This document shows positions 9,465-18,626 of a stretch of DNA of 64,000 nt, piece by piece. Location of the stretch: positions 9,950 to 73,949 of the forward strand of contig JBIKWL010000003.1 in the NCBI GenBank assembly GCA_044356335.1. Reading direction: 5' to 3'. The position numbers and the translations under genes were made by a program. The notes under the pieces were generated by a model. It was not told where the DNA came from. It made no database searches and saw only the letters and a program-made list of their open reading frames with translations. Within the stretch, counting starts at the first letter, position 1. Every line of letters begins with the position of its first letter. The stretch comes from Candidatus Sericytochromatia bacterium. GTDB taxonomy: Bacteria > Cyanobacteriota > Sericytochromatia > UBA7694.

Positions 9465-11330
9465 ATGGTGTTAATACCCGGCAATATGCATGTCGAAAAC
9501 GTGCCCGATCTCTATTACGAAACCGCCGACCGCGTGCGTCAATATTTACAGGTTCGCTCAGCCTGGTTCTGCGATTGGCACCCCGATGGCCAACGCATGT
9601 TGATCGCCACGCGCTTTGCCGACACGATGCAATTGCACTTGCTCGAACAACCCGGCGGTGCGCGCAAACAATTGACCTTTCTGCGTGAACCTGTCTCCAG
9701 CGGAGCCTTTTGCAGTGCCCCCGGCGAAAATGGCTTCCTTTACAGCATGGATCAGGGCGGCGGCGAAAATTACCAGCTCTTTTATTTCGACAAGGACAAT
9801 GGCCAGCGCAAATGTCTGACCGATGGTCTCTCCAAAAATGGCTCACCACTCTGGGCCCGTGGCACAACGGCCTTTGCCTATAGCAGCACAGCCCGCAATG
9901 GCCGCGACCACGACATTCACCTCAGTGATATTAAACGGCCCGAAGCCTCTCGTCTGATCTGCCAAGTCCAAGGCCTCTGGGCGCCTCTGAGCTGGTCCCC
10001 GGATTCCAGTCAATTGCTGCTGCTCGACTATATCTCCGCCACCGAATCGTATCTGTATATTCTCGATGTCGAAAGCGGCGAGACAAATTTGCTCTTTGCC
10101 AAAACAGGGCAAGCGGTGGCTTATGGCGATGCCTATTGGAGCCGCGACGGCAAAGGGATTTATTTTATTGCCGACCGCGATGGGGAGTTTCAACAGCTCT
10201 ATTATGTCGATCTCGACACCCACAAAGTGGAGTCCCTGAGTCAACATATTCCTTGGAATATCACAGAGATTGAACTCTCTCCTGACGGCAATTTGCTGGC
10301 TGTGGTGGCCAACGAAGATGGGGTCAGCAAACTCTACCTCATGGACACCCAAAACAACCAAATGGAACCGCTGGAAATGGGCATGGGCCTGATCTCTGGC
10401 CCACGTTTCAGCCCCGATGGGCAATCGCTGGCTTTTACCTTTAACCGGCCCCACAGCCCTGCGGATATTTATACCCTAACCCTCGAAAGTGGCGAAGTGA
10501 TCCGCTGGACCGAGAGCGAAGTCGGGGGCTTAAACACCCGTCATTTTGCCACCCCTGAGCTGATTCGTTATAAATCCTTTGACGATCTTGAGATTCCTGC
10601 TTTTTATTACCGGCCCAAGCTCAATTCCGACCGCCCTCTGCCGGTTTTGATTCATATCCACGGCGGACCCGAGAGCCAGTTTCAGCCTGGTTTTTCGTCG
10701 ATGTTTCAGTATTGGATCAACGAATTGAACCTGGCTGTGATCGCGCCCAATGTGCGCGGTTCAACGGGTTATGGCAAAACGTATATCAAGCTCGACAACG
10801 GCTATTTGCGTGAAGACTCCGTCAAAGACATTGGGGCTTTGCTCGATTGGATCGAACAACAGCCCGAACTCGACCAAAAGCGCGTCTGCGTCTATGGTGG
10901 TTCGTATGGTGGCTACATGGTGCTGGCCTCGCTGATTCACTATTCACACCGCTTGCGGGCTGGGATCGATATCGTCGGTATCAGCAATTTTGTTACTTTT
11001 CTCAAAAACACCAAGGCCTACCGCCGCGACCTGCGCCGGGTCGAATATGGCGACGAACGCGACCCAGACATGTGCGCCTTTTTGGAGAAGATCTCCCCCA
11101 CCACCAATGCCCACCAAATCAAGGTGCCACTGATGGTGGCCCAGGGGCTGAACGATCCGCGTGTGCCTGCCTCAGAGGCCGAGCAGATTGTCAAAACCGT
11201 GCGCGAAAATGGCAAAGAAGTCTGGTATATTCTGGCCAAAGACGAGGGCCACGGCTTTCAGAAACAGGTCAATTTGGAGTATTATTACACCGCTGTTTCC
11301 GAGTTTTTAGAGACCCACCTCCTGGATTGA
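9465..11330 (+). CDS. S9 family serine peptidase (beta-propeller plus prolyl-oligopeptidase-type catalytic domain)
   Basis: AAGGAG RBS. TolB-like propeller repeats (SPDG motifs). Catalytic GGSYGGYM (GxSxG), NDPRV and EGHGF. Confidence 0.9.
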   Translation: MVLIPGNMHVENVPDLYYETADRVRQYLQVRSAWFCDWHPDGQRMLIATRFADTMQLHLLEQPGGARKQLTFLREPVSSGAFCSAPGENGFLYSMDQGGGENYQLFYFDKDNGQRKCLTDGLSKNGSPLWARGTTAFAYSSTARNGRDHDIHLSDIKRPEASRLICQVQGLWAPLSWSPDSSQLLLLDYISATESYLYILDVESGETNLLFAKTGQAVAYGDAYWSRDGKGIYFIADRDGEFQQLYYVDLDTHKVESLSQHIPWNITEIELSPDGNLLAVVANEDGVSKLYLMDTQNNQMEPLEMGMGLISGPRFSPDGQSLAFTFNRPHSPADIYTLTLESGEVIRWTESEVGGLNTRHFATPELIRYKSFDDLEIPAFYYRPKLNSDRPLPVLIHIHGGPESQFQPGFSSMFQYWINELNLAVIAPNVRGSTGYGKTYIKLDNGYLREDSVKDIGALLDWIEQQPELDQKRVCVYGGSYGGYMVLASLIHYSHRLRAGIDIVGISNFVTFLKNTKAYRRDLRRVEYGDERDPDMCAFLEKISPTTNAHQIKVPLMVAQGLNDPRVPASEAEQIVKTVRENGKEVWYILAKDEGHGFQKQVNLEYYYTAVSEFLETHLLD

Positions 11331-11352
11331 GTCGCAAGTATTAGTGCACGAA

Positions 11353-12018
11353 TTAGTGCACCAAGGGCACAAAGGCAATCTGGTCAATCCACTGCCCTGT
11401 GCCTGCGGTGTCAAAGACATAAAACGACTGGGTCTGCCGTTGGCTGGCAGGCAAAACACTCAGGGCATGGCTCTTGTTTTTGGTGCGGCCCGAGTTTAAG
11501 CTGCGGTTGAGATCGAGGCCAAAGTGTTCGCGGCGATAGGCAGGGCGTTTGTGAGACAGTTCCTGGTATATTTCGCTGAGCAAGACCGGCTCACCATCTG
11601 CGCTGCAGAGTAATTGGTATTGTTCAAAAAGGGCGTTCAAAAAGGCCGGGGGATCACTTTTCCAGGCAGCAGCTTGGGCCAGATCTGCTGCGATTTGGAT
11701 CTGTAAACCGTCCAGGGTTAAGGGATCCAGCGCCGTATGTGAACGGGCGTTCATAATCCGGCAAAAGCCTTTGTTTTTGAGACTCAGTGTGACCTCTACT
11801 TGGTTTTGCACAAAGAAGCGCGGGTATTCACCACTGAGTTTCCACTTTTTTAACTCACAGGCCTTGCGCAAAAGAAAGAGTTCGGGATTTTGGCCCTGTT
11901 CCATTTCCAGGTCCAGGCCGTCAAAGCCCAAGAGATTGTGAATCAGGTCTTGCGACTGGGCATAGGGTATCTCCTGATCTTCAGGATGATCAACGGCTTG
12001 AAAAATTAAATGGTGCAT
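11353..12018 (-). CDS. hypothetical protein
   Basis: 221-aa ORF. GGGGGAG lies 5 nt upstream of the ATG and 12 nt after the ccdA stop. No motif recognised. Confidence 0.6.
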   Translation of the reverse strand: MHHLIFQAVDHPEDQEIPYAQSQDLIHNLLGFDGLDLEMEQGQNPELFLLRKACELKKWKLSGEYPRFFVQNQVEVTLSLKNKGFCRIMNARSHTALDPLTLDGLQIQIAADLAQAAAWKSDPPAFLNALFEQYQLLCSADGEPVLLSEIYQELSHKRPAYRREHFGLDLNRSLNSGRTKNKSHALSVLPASQRQTQSFYVFDTAGTGQWIDQIAFVPLVH

Positions 12019-12030
12019 ATGGTCTCCCCC

Positions 12031-12834
12031 TCAGGAAATTGGCAGGCTGGGCGCCTGTAGGAAATTGGAAAGTGTCTGTAAAAAATTGGTAAAGATCAAA
12101 ATCCCGACCAGAATCAAAAAAGCCCCACTGGCCACCGAAATGGCCTGCATGTGTTTTTGCAATTTGCGAAAATAGACAAAGACCTTGTCCATCAGCAGGG
12201 CGGTGATAAAAAAGGGAATGGCCAACCCCAGCGAAAAGACCGCCAAGAGGCGTATGCCTTCGACCACTGAGGTTTTGGTGCTGGCAATGGCCAGAATTGA
12301 ACCCAATTGTGGGCCAATACAGGGTGTCCAGCCCAAGGCAAAACTCAAACCAATCAAAAAAGCCCCCAGATAACCCGGTGGACGGGCCTTGAGATGGACC
12401 CGTTTTTCGTAGAGCAGGGCATTGATCTGAATCAGGCCCATCATATGCAGGCCCATCACAATCACGACCACTCCCCCGATTTTGCGCAGCAGATCTTGGT
12501 GGGCCTTGAGCATGGCCCCCAGCCCTGTGGCTGTTGCACCCAGGGCGATAAAGACCAGAGAAAAACCGAGAATAAAACAGAGGGAACTGAGGATAATCTG
12601 GCGCTGGGTCTTTTTCTTTTCCTGCGCTTTTTCGTCAGCCTTGCTGTCTGAACGGGCGTCTGTATTGGACTCCGAATCTGCCTCTGCCTCATTGGCTTTT
12701 AATGCGGCAGCAGAAGTGCCTGAGATAAAAAACATATATGAGGGAATAATTGGCAAGATACACGGTGAGGCAAACGAAAAAACACCGGCCCCAAAGGCAG
12801 TCCAGAGATCAATCGAACGGACAAATGGATCCAT
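12031..12834 (-). CDS. ccdA: cytochrome c biogenesis / thiol-disulfide transporter CcdA (DsbD family) with a charged low-complexity insertion
   Basis: FASPCILPIIPSY and GWTPCIGPQLGSIL Cys-Pro motifs in TM helices. About 35 aa of acidic/lysine-rich insert (NEAEADSESNTDARSDSKADEKAQEKKK) follows TM1. Confidence 0.8.
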   Translation of the reverse strand: MDPFVRSIDLWTAFGAGVFSFASPCILPIIPSYMFFISGTSAAALKANEAEADSESNTDARSDSKADEKAQEKKKTQRQIILSSLCFILGFSLVFIALGATATGLGAMLKAHQDLLRKIGGVVVIVMGLHMMGLIQINALLYEKRVHLKARPPGYLGAFLIGLSFALGWTPCIGPQLGSILAIASTKTSVVEGIRLLAVFSLGLAIPFFITALLMDKVFVYFRKLQKHMQAISVASGAFLILVGILIFTNFLQTLSNFLQAPSLPIS

Positions 12835-12837
12835 TCT

Positions 12838-13530
12838 TTACCAAGCAATCGGCGGATTGGGTGTGGGCAAGGGGGGCAGGGGAGGCGCTGTCGGGCCAGG
12901 AGGTGGGGGCTCAGGATAACGCCGCCGCTTGATATCGTCGATCAGGGCCTTAAACACGTCTTTTTTGTATACCGAGACTTCCATGCCGCCTTTGTGAAAG
13001 CCCACCTTATAGCCATAGAGATCTCCCAAATAATAGGCATAACCATCGTAACCTTTGGGAATCAGGGATTTCTCTGATCCATCAAAGGTTGCCATTTCCA
13101 TTTTGTATTTATTGAGATGTTTTTTATCTTTGGCGTCTTTAAAGTCTTTTACAATCTGTGACCCCGAATTGCTTTCGGCATAAACCAACTCGACCAATTT
13201 TAAGGCGCGGGCAAATGTGGCATCTTTGGGAGTGGCAGGTGTGACATAGAGAACCACTTCATCCACGATTGGCGGGGCGCTCTCGACATACATCCAGATC
13301 ATTAATTTGCGGCCATTGTCCAGACGGTATTGGGCATGGTAGTTGCCCACACCCAATTTGTCAAAAGAGGGAAGATCGCTGACCCTGCGGTGTTTAAATT
13401 CATTGCCTACGGGGGTGGGCTTGCGACTGAGCAGGGTATTTTTGGCACTGGTAATTTCCATTCCGGGCAGGGCCCAAGCTGGAGCAGACAGGCACAGCAA
13501 AGCGGCAGACAGTAATAGGGGATGTTTCAT
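12838..13530 (-). CDS. secreted hypothetical protein with Pro-rich C-terminus
   Basis: Signal peptide MKHPLLLSAALLCLSAPAWA. C-terminus PEPPPPGPTAPPLPPLPTPNPP. 3-nt gaps to both neighbours. Confidence 0.65.
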   Translation of the reverse strand: MKHPLLLSAALLCLSAPAWALPGMEITSAKNTLLSRKPTPVGNEFKHRRVSDLPSFDKLGVGNYHAQYRLDNGRKLMIWMYVESAPPIVDEVVLYVTPATPKDATFARALKLVELVYAESNSGSQIVKDFKDAKDKKHLNKYKMEMATFDGSEKSLIPKGYDGYAYYLGDLYGYKVGFHKGGMEVSVYKKDVFKALIDDIKRRRYPEPPPPGPTAPPLPPLPTPNPPIAW

Positions 13531-13533
13531 CGT

Positions 13534-14832
13534 TTATTCAATCAGAGGGGGCGCACCCACTCCGTTGAAAACCTCCTTTGAGCTGGATATTGCTCCCGTT
13601 TGATCAAAACGGGAGGGGTATTTGTAAACTTCGGTTTCGACATCGCTGATCATGCGGTAGTAAATCTGCCGCCAGACAAAGCGATCAGTAAAGGCTGAAG
13701 CAAAGAGCGTCAGCCAGACAAAGACGTAAGCAAACGGGGACCAGAGCGCCCAGTATACCTTGCCGCCGAGCGGATCGGAATCCGGGCGGCGATCGCGAAT
13801 CATGTTTAAGGCCCGAATAAACAGGGCTGATTGCACAATCCCTGCCGGAAAAATACTCAACATCCCCCACGTTGTTGCGGCAATCGGCGCACCGGTTTGC
13901 AGGGAAATATATAATTGCCAGAGCCCGACAGCCCCCACGATATGGATGGCGGTAAGCATGGTTACAGAGCCATACCAAACCTCTTTGAGGGTGTGTTTGC
14001 CGATCACACATTGGCGCACGGCAAAGATCAAAATATCTTTGAGACTGTATTCGCTCGAAAGGCTGGTCATTGAGGCTGTGACAAATTCCACGCGATAACC
14101 CGCTCTGCGAACACATTCGTTGAGCACACAATCGTCTGAAAGGGCATTGTCCCATTCTTTGCGAATGTTTAATTCTTCAAAGCGTTTGCGTGTAATGGCC
14201 ATGGTGCCGCCCCAGGTGACCACATAGCGGTTGAGGTAAAAATTGCTGAATTGGAAACCCGTCCAAAGTGCCAAAGCATAGGTGATCGCGCGACCCGGCT
14301 CGGGGCGGTACCAGCGGTAAGAAGTAGTGGCTCCGACGTTTTCTTTGGCCAAAGGCGCAACCAGATTGCGCAGCCAATCCGTCGAAACCCGTGCATCGCT
14401 GTCGACAAAGGCATAGATATCCACGCTCTCGTCGAGGGCATCCATCGCAGCCATGATATTGTCTAATTTTTGGCAGCGCTTTTTGCTGAATCCGCCCAGG
14501 AGCAGACGGGCCGGTACCTTGGACTCGGCTACCATGCGCTTGAGAACGGGATAGCTGTCATCCTGCTCATCGAGGGTGACAAAGACAATTTCGTAATTGG
14601 GGTAATCCTGATGCAGCAACATGCGCATATTGTCTTCGAAATCGGGGTCGAGATCTTTACAGGGCGAAATAAGGGCCACGCGGGGCCACTCACTGGCGGG
14701 TTTGTCTCCGGGTTGGGCCACTTTTTTATCCAGCTCAGCTTTAAAAAAACGGAGGGTCATCAGGCCACCGAAGATGATAAAAGTTGAAAAAAAGATGCCC
14801 AGGAGCGACATTAGCAAAAACAGGAGCGCCAT
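13534..14832 (-). CDS. membrane-anchored family-2 glycosyltransferase
   Basis: N-terminal TM helix, GT-A core with ISPCKD...AFVDSDARVSTDWL (DxD), and C-terminal TM helices. Confidence 0.8.
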   Translation of the reverse strand: MALLFLLMSLLGIFFSTFIIFGGLMTLRFFKAELDKKVAQPGDKPASEWPRVALISPCKDLDPDFEDNMRMLLHQDYPNYEIVFVTLDEQDDSYPVLKRMVAESKVPARLLLGGFSKKRCQKLDNIMAAMDALDESVDIYAFVDSDARVSTDWLRNLVAPLAKENVGATTSYRWYRPEPGRAITYALALWTGFQFSNFYLNRYVVTWGGTMAITRKRFEELNIRKEWDNALSDDCVLNECVRRAGYRVEFVTASMTSLSSEYSLKDILIFAVRQCVIGKHTLKEVWYGSVTMLTAIHIVGAVGLWQLYISLQTGAPIAATTWGMLSIFPAGIVQSALFIRALNMIRDRRPDSDPLGGKVYWALWSPFAYVFVWLTLFASAFTDRFVWRQIYYRMISDVETEVYKYPSRFDQTGAISSSKEVFNGVGAPPLIE

Positions 14833-14889
14833 GATTCCCCACTTTTTTTATCAATTATAGCAGGGGCAAGGCGTGACTCGGAACACCTG

Positions 14890-15492
14890 TCAGTCATTCT
14901 CTGAGAGTTGTAAACATTCCCGAATCCAGGCTGCCGGTTGGGGAGAGACCGTGGCAAAGGCATGAATTTCGACCAAATCTGTCATTGCTACGACTTTGCG
15001 CCATTCAAAGCCCGCTGCTTTCAAGACCTTTTTCAAGAGCTTGGGGCTGAAGCCAAATTTATGCGCATAGGGCTCCCCTTTGCGGGCAATTTGGGGGCTG
15101 TGGCCAAAAATCAGATCCAAATATCTGACTGGCCCGGCAGAAGAGAGGTAAAGTACGGCATCAGGTTCAGCCATGCGCACCGCCATATGGCCCATGGCCT
15201 GTTGTAAATTGGGCACGATAATATGCACAAAACCCGTGGGGCTGAGCATATGTTTAAAACCTGCCAACACCTGGGGAATTTCGTGTTCGTAATAATGCTC
15301 GAGATTGTGAGAGCAAAACAGGGCATCATAGTCTGCGCGGGGCTGTTCGGTCAATAAGCGGGCATCTGAACACAGGTCCACATCTGGGCCTGGTAAAATA
15401 TCGAGCAAGTGATGTTGCATGCCTGCAAAATGCGGTGGCAGCTCACCGCGTTTATTGGCGCCGCCGACATTGAGAAATTTGCGTTGAATCAT
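14890..15492 (-). CDS. class I SAM-dependent methyltransferase
   Basis: LNVGGANKRG ... LDILPGPDVD ... YDALFCSHNLEHY ... LSPTGFVHIIVPN fits methyltransferase motifs I-III. Confidence 0.75.
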   Translation of the reverse strand: MIQRKFLNVGGANKRGELPPHFAGMQHHLLDILPGPDVDLCSDARLLTEQPRADYDALFCSHNLEHYYEHEIPQVLAGFKHMLSPTGFVHIIVPNLQQAMGHMAVRMAEPDAVLYLSSAGPVRYLDLIFGHSPQIARKGEPYAHKFGFSPKLLKKVLKAAGFEWRKVVAMTDLVEIHAFATVSPQPAAWIRECLQLSEND

Positions 15493-15587
15493 GAAAGCAG
15501 TTTAACAATTTTTCTCAGCCCTCCCAAGAAAACAGAGAAAGTTCCAAACAGACGTTAAAATAATTGAAGTTGATTGAGGAGTGCCAT

Positions 15588-15950
15588 ATGATTCATACAC
15601 CGCCTTATATCAGTCTGATTCAAAGTGGGGTAATTCAACTGTATTCGCTTGACCGTGCGACGGTAAAAAAATTGCGTCAAAGCGGTCTCAACCCCGGATG
15701 GGTGTGGTTTGGCAATGGGGATTTGGCGTATCCAGAACCCGACGATTTTAGCCACCCACCCGAATTAATTGCGACCCTAAAACAGCTCGCGGAAGCGGGG
15801 ATTTGTTTTTCGGAAGATTATAAACAGCAATGTTCTCCGGCAGATTTGATGCGGGAACTGCGCGAAGCGGGCCAACTCAACATTGAATTTAACAGTATCT
15901 CCTGGAAAGGGCCTGGCCAATGGCAATTACACCCCCATCCCTCAGCGTGA
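15588..15950 (+). CDS. hypothetical protein
   Basis: ATG 15588 is preceded by GAGGAG (15576-15581), so I prefer it to the TTG at 15564. No motif recognised. Confidence 0.5.
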   Translation: MIHTPPYISLIQSGVIQLYSLDRATVKKLRQSGLNPGWVWFGNGDLAYPEPDDFSHPPELIATLKQLAEAGICFSEDYKQQCSPADLMRELREAGQLNIEFNSISWKGPGQWQLHPHPSA

Positions 15951-16750
15951 TCCGGTTTTTTGGGGGGGTACTCAGCTCGCTGCTCCTGTTGGCCTGTAGC
16001 TCTCCCCCGCCAGCCCCGTTGGATCTGACCGCGCTCAATCAAGCCATTCACCGCTTAACCAATGCCCTGCGGGTCGAAAAAGGACTCCCGCCATTGGCTG
16101 AACTTGAAAGCTTAAATTCCCTTTCAACGCGCCACAGCTTGGATATGGCACGGCAGAATTTTTTTGACCATACCAATCCCCAAGGCCAAGACCCATTTGC
16201 CCGCTTGCGCTCCCAGCAAAAGGGTTTGCTGGTCAGTCACTCGGGCGAAAATATCGCCATGCGCAGCACTGACGGCGAAAATGCGACCGAATTTGCCCAG
16301 GTTTTGCTTGAGCTTTGGAAAAATTCTCCCGAACACTATGCCCATTTGGTCGAGCCCAAGTTTCGGCATTTGGGGGTGGGTGTGGCCCGGGCCGAAGATC
16401 GGATCTATGCCACCCAAACCTTTGCATCCGCTGTGGCTGAATTGGAAGCCCCCCTGCCCGAAACGGTTTCAGCAGGAGAGACAGTCACCCTCTCTTTTCG
16501 CTTTCATGCCGAATTTCCGCCAGCGGAACTCAGTGCTTTTTTCAGCGCACCCGATGGCACGGCCCGGATTCCCAGCGGTGACGGCCGCTATTATATCGGC
16601 AAAGGCCCGATTGGCATTCAATGGAGCGATAGTTTGCATTTTCAGATAAACATTCCCACCCTTTACGGTTTGGGCAATTACCGGCTGAGTCTGGGCCATC
16701 AATCCCAGTATTATGATCACCCATTTGTGTTTAAAGCCCTGGCCAAATAA
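15947..16750 (+). CDS. CAP (SCP/PR-1-like) domain lipoprotein
   Basis: FFDHTNPQGQDPFARL, GENIA and HYAHLVEPKFRHLGVGV are CAP-domain blocks. GTG 15947 overlaps the upstream stop (GTGA) and gives the lipobox leader (M)IRFFGGVLSSLLLLAC. An alternative ATG lies at 15920. Confidence 0.8.
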   Translation: MIRFFGGVLSSLLLLACSSPPPAPLDLTALNQAIHRLTNALRVEKGLPPLAELESLNSLSTRHSLDMARQNFFDHTNPQGQDPFARLRSQQKGLLVSHSGENIAMRSTDGENATEFAQVLLELWKNSPEHYAHLVEPKFRHLGVGVARAEDRIYATQTFASAVAELEAPLPETVSAGETVTLSFRFHAEFPPAELSAFFSAPDGTARIPSGDGRYYIGKGPIGIQWSDSLHFQINIPTLYGLGNYRLSLGHQSQYYDHPFVFKALAK

Positions 16751-16900
16751 CCCAGCAAGGCATAGGCGGTGCGCCAGCACGGCCCCTCTCATGCGGCTTA
16801 AGCACACACGTGAATTGGTTATAATGGTGAACAGACCCTCTCACTTCGCCCTTGTTACAATCAAAGCAAGTTTACAATTAGAGCCAGGAGTTCGCATTTC

Positions 16901-18544
16901 ATGTCTATTGAACCCATATCCGAAGCCGAAACTGAAGATTCGCTCGATCGCTTTCTTGCGACAGAAACCACAACCGAAAGTTTAGAGACCCCCACAGAGA
17001 GCTACCTTTCTCCTTTTGCAGGCCTGAGCCTGTATGCCGAAGAGGATGAATACCAAGAGGAAGATGAAGACTTGCCGCCATTTATGCGGGCCCAAGCTCA
17101 AAAAGCAGAAGAAAAACCCGCGCCGGTTGCCCATGCGGTGCCAGAACCCCCTCCTGCCAAGGCGGCCCCAGCTGCACCGGCCGTTCCGGCTCCGCCCCCC
17201 GTTCCCCAACGGGCTGCGGCTGAATTGGCCCCTGAAGAGCTCCAAGAGACCTTGATTGTGGGGGGATTCAGTTTAAATTCAGGCGATAGTCAATACAAAC
17301 AAGAAGAGAGCATGCTCAATTACCTGATCAAAAATGCCTTGGTTGATCAGGTTTCTGCGATTCATATTGAACCGATGGATCGGTATATTCGTGTCCGCTA
17401 CCGGATTGGCGGTGTATTACAACAAAAAACCGCCTTGCCCCCCAATTTGGGAATGCCCATGCTTGCGCGCTTAAAACAACTCTGTGCCCTGAATGCCGAA
17501 ACGGTCACAACACCCCAGCAGAACCGGGTTCACGCCAGTTTTAACGAGCAAGAATTTGAATTGGGCTTGGCCACCTATCCCACCGCCTGGGGTGAAAGTA
17601 TGGTCATGAGTTTGCGTCAGAAACAGAAATCTGCCAATGATGTGCTCCGACTCGATAGCATCGGTCTTTCGCCGCTTAATTTGTGGCGCTTGCAAAAATT
17701 ATTGGGCCAACCCGGCGGCCTGACGATTGTGACCGGTCCCGCCCGCTCAGGCAAAACAACCACCCTTTACGCGGCCTTAAATGCCTTAAACCTGCTCAGC
17801 CGTTCGATTGTTACAGCCGAAAACCCCCTCGAGCACCTGATCATGGGCATTACCCAGGGCAATTGGAGTCCCGAAAATGGCGAATCTTATCCAGACTTGA
17901 TCCGCGCCATGTCTCATTTGGATCCCGATGTCTTGATGGTGAGTCAATTGGATTCACCCGAAACCGTTGAGGCCACTGTGGATCAAGCACTCACGGGAGC
18001 CAAGGTACTCACTTCGTATCACAGCTTTGATACCATGGGGGCCCTGCTGCGTTTGGGGGTGCAGGGGCTGGAATCGTATTTGATTGCCTCCAGCAATGTG
18101 ACCCTGATTTCTCAGCGATTGGTGCGCAAGCTTTGCCCCCATTGTCGCCACGCAGATTCGCCTCCCAAAGAGTTCCTCGATGTCTTGGGACTCAAAGGCG
18201 TTCATCCCAAGTCTTTTCAGGTGTATTGGGCCCGTGGCTGTAGCGAATGCAATCAAATGGGCTATTTGGGCCAAACCACCCTGCAAGAGATGTTGGTCTT
18301 AAACGAATCCATGCGCGAAGCCATTTTGGACCATCAACCCGCCGCCCGGATTCGCGAGTTGGCGAGACAAGAAGGCAAACTGGTGACCATGGCTGAAGAC
18401 GGCTATTTTAAAGCCACAGAAGGGATCACCTCGCTCTCCGAAGTGCAAAGGGTGGCTTTTGTGAACGAATTTGATGCCAAATCACCCTGGGAAGCCGAAA
18501 AAATCCTCAAGGTGTGTAAAGGCGAAGATCAGAGCTATTTGTAA
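16901..18544 (+). CDS. GspE/PilB-family secretion ATPase homolog with degenerate catalytic boxes (probable pseudo-ATPase)
   Basis: AGGAG RBS. Acidic/Pro-rich N-terminus. Walker A GPARSGKTTT. Asp box AENPLEH. Walker B position reads VSQLDS instead of GEIRD. His box reads TGAKVLTSYHSF. Tetra-Cys CPHC...CSEC. Confidence 0.85.
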   Translation: MSIEPISEAETEDSLDRFLATETTTESLETPTESYLSPFAGLSLYAEEDEYQEEDEDLPPFMRAQAQKAEEKPAPVAHAVPEPPPAKAAPAAPAVPAPPPVPQRAAAELAPEELQETLIVGGFSLNSGDSQYKQEESMLNYLIKNALVDQVSAIHIEPMDRYIRVRYRIGGVLQQKTALPPNLGMPMLARLKQLCALNAETVTTPQQNRVHASFNEQEFELGLATYPTAWGESMVMSLRQKQKSANDVLRLDSIGLSPLNLWRLQKLLGQPGGLTIVTGPARSGKTTTLYAALNALNLLSRSIVTAENPLEHLIMGITQGNWSPENGESYPDLIRAMSHLDPDVLMVSQLDSPETVEATVDQALTGAKVLTSYHSFDTMGALLRLGVQGLESYLIASSNVTLISQRLVRKLCPHCRHADSPPKEFLDVLGLKGVHPKSFQVYWARGCSECNQMGYLGQTTLQEMLVLNESMREAILDHQPAARIRELARQEGKLVTMAEDGYFKATEGITSLSEVQRVAFVNEFDAKSPWEAEKILKVCKGEDQSYL

Positions 18545-18568
18545 TACGCCTCAATCAGGTTTGCAAAG

Positions 18569-18594
18569 AAAAAACGGCGGGTGAAAGCCCGCCG
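18569..18594 (-). terminator. intrinsic terminator between convergent genes
   Basis: 7-bp GC stem CGGCGGG (18575-18581) / CCCGCCG (18588-18594) with a 6-nt loop. The A6 run at 18569-18574 gives a U-tract on the minus strand. Confidence 0.6.
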
Positions 18595-18626
18595 CTTGAG
18601 AGAGATACAAATACGAGAATCGAATT

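Noticed and set aside
11340-11361. Direct repeat ATTAGTGCAC x2 (each containing the palindrome GTGCAC) between convergent genes 9465-11330 and 11353-12018
   Set aside because: It can form only a 6-bp stem with no U-tract, and the second copy is part of the coding end of the minus gene. The evidence is too weak to call a terminator or a binding site.
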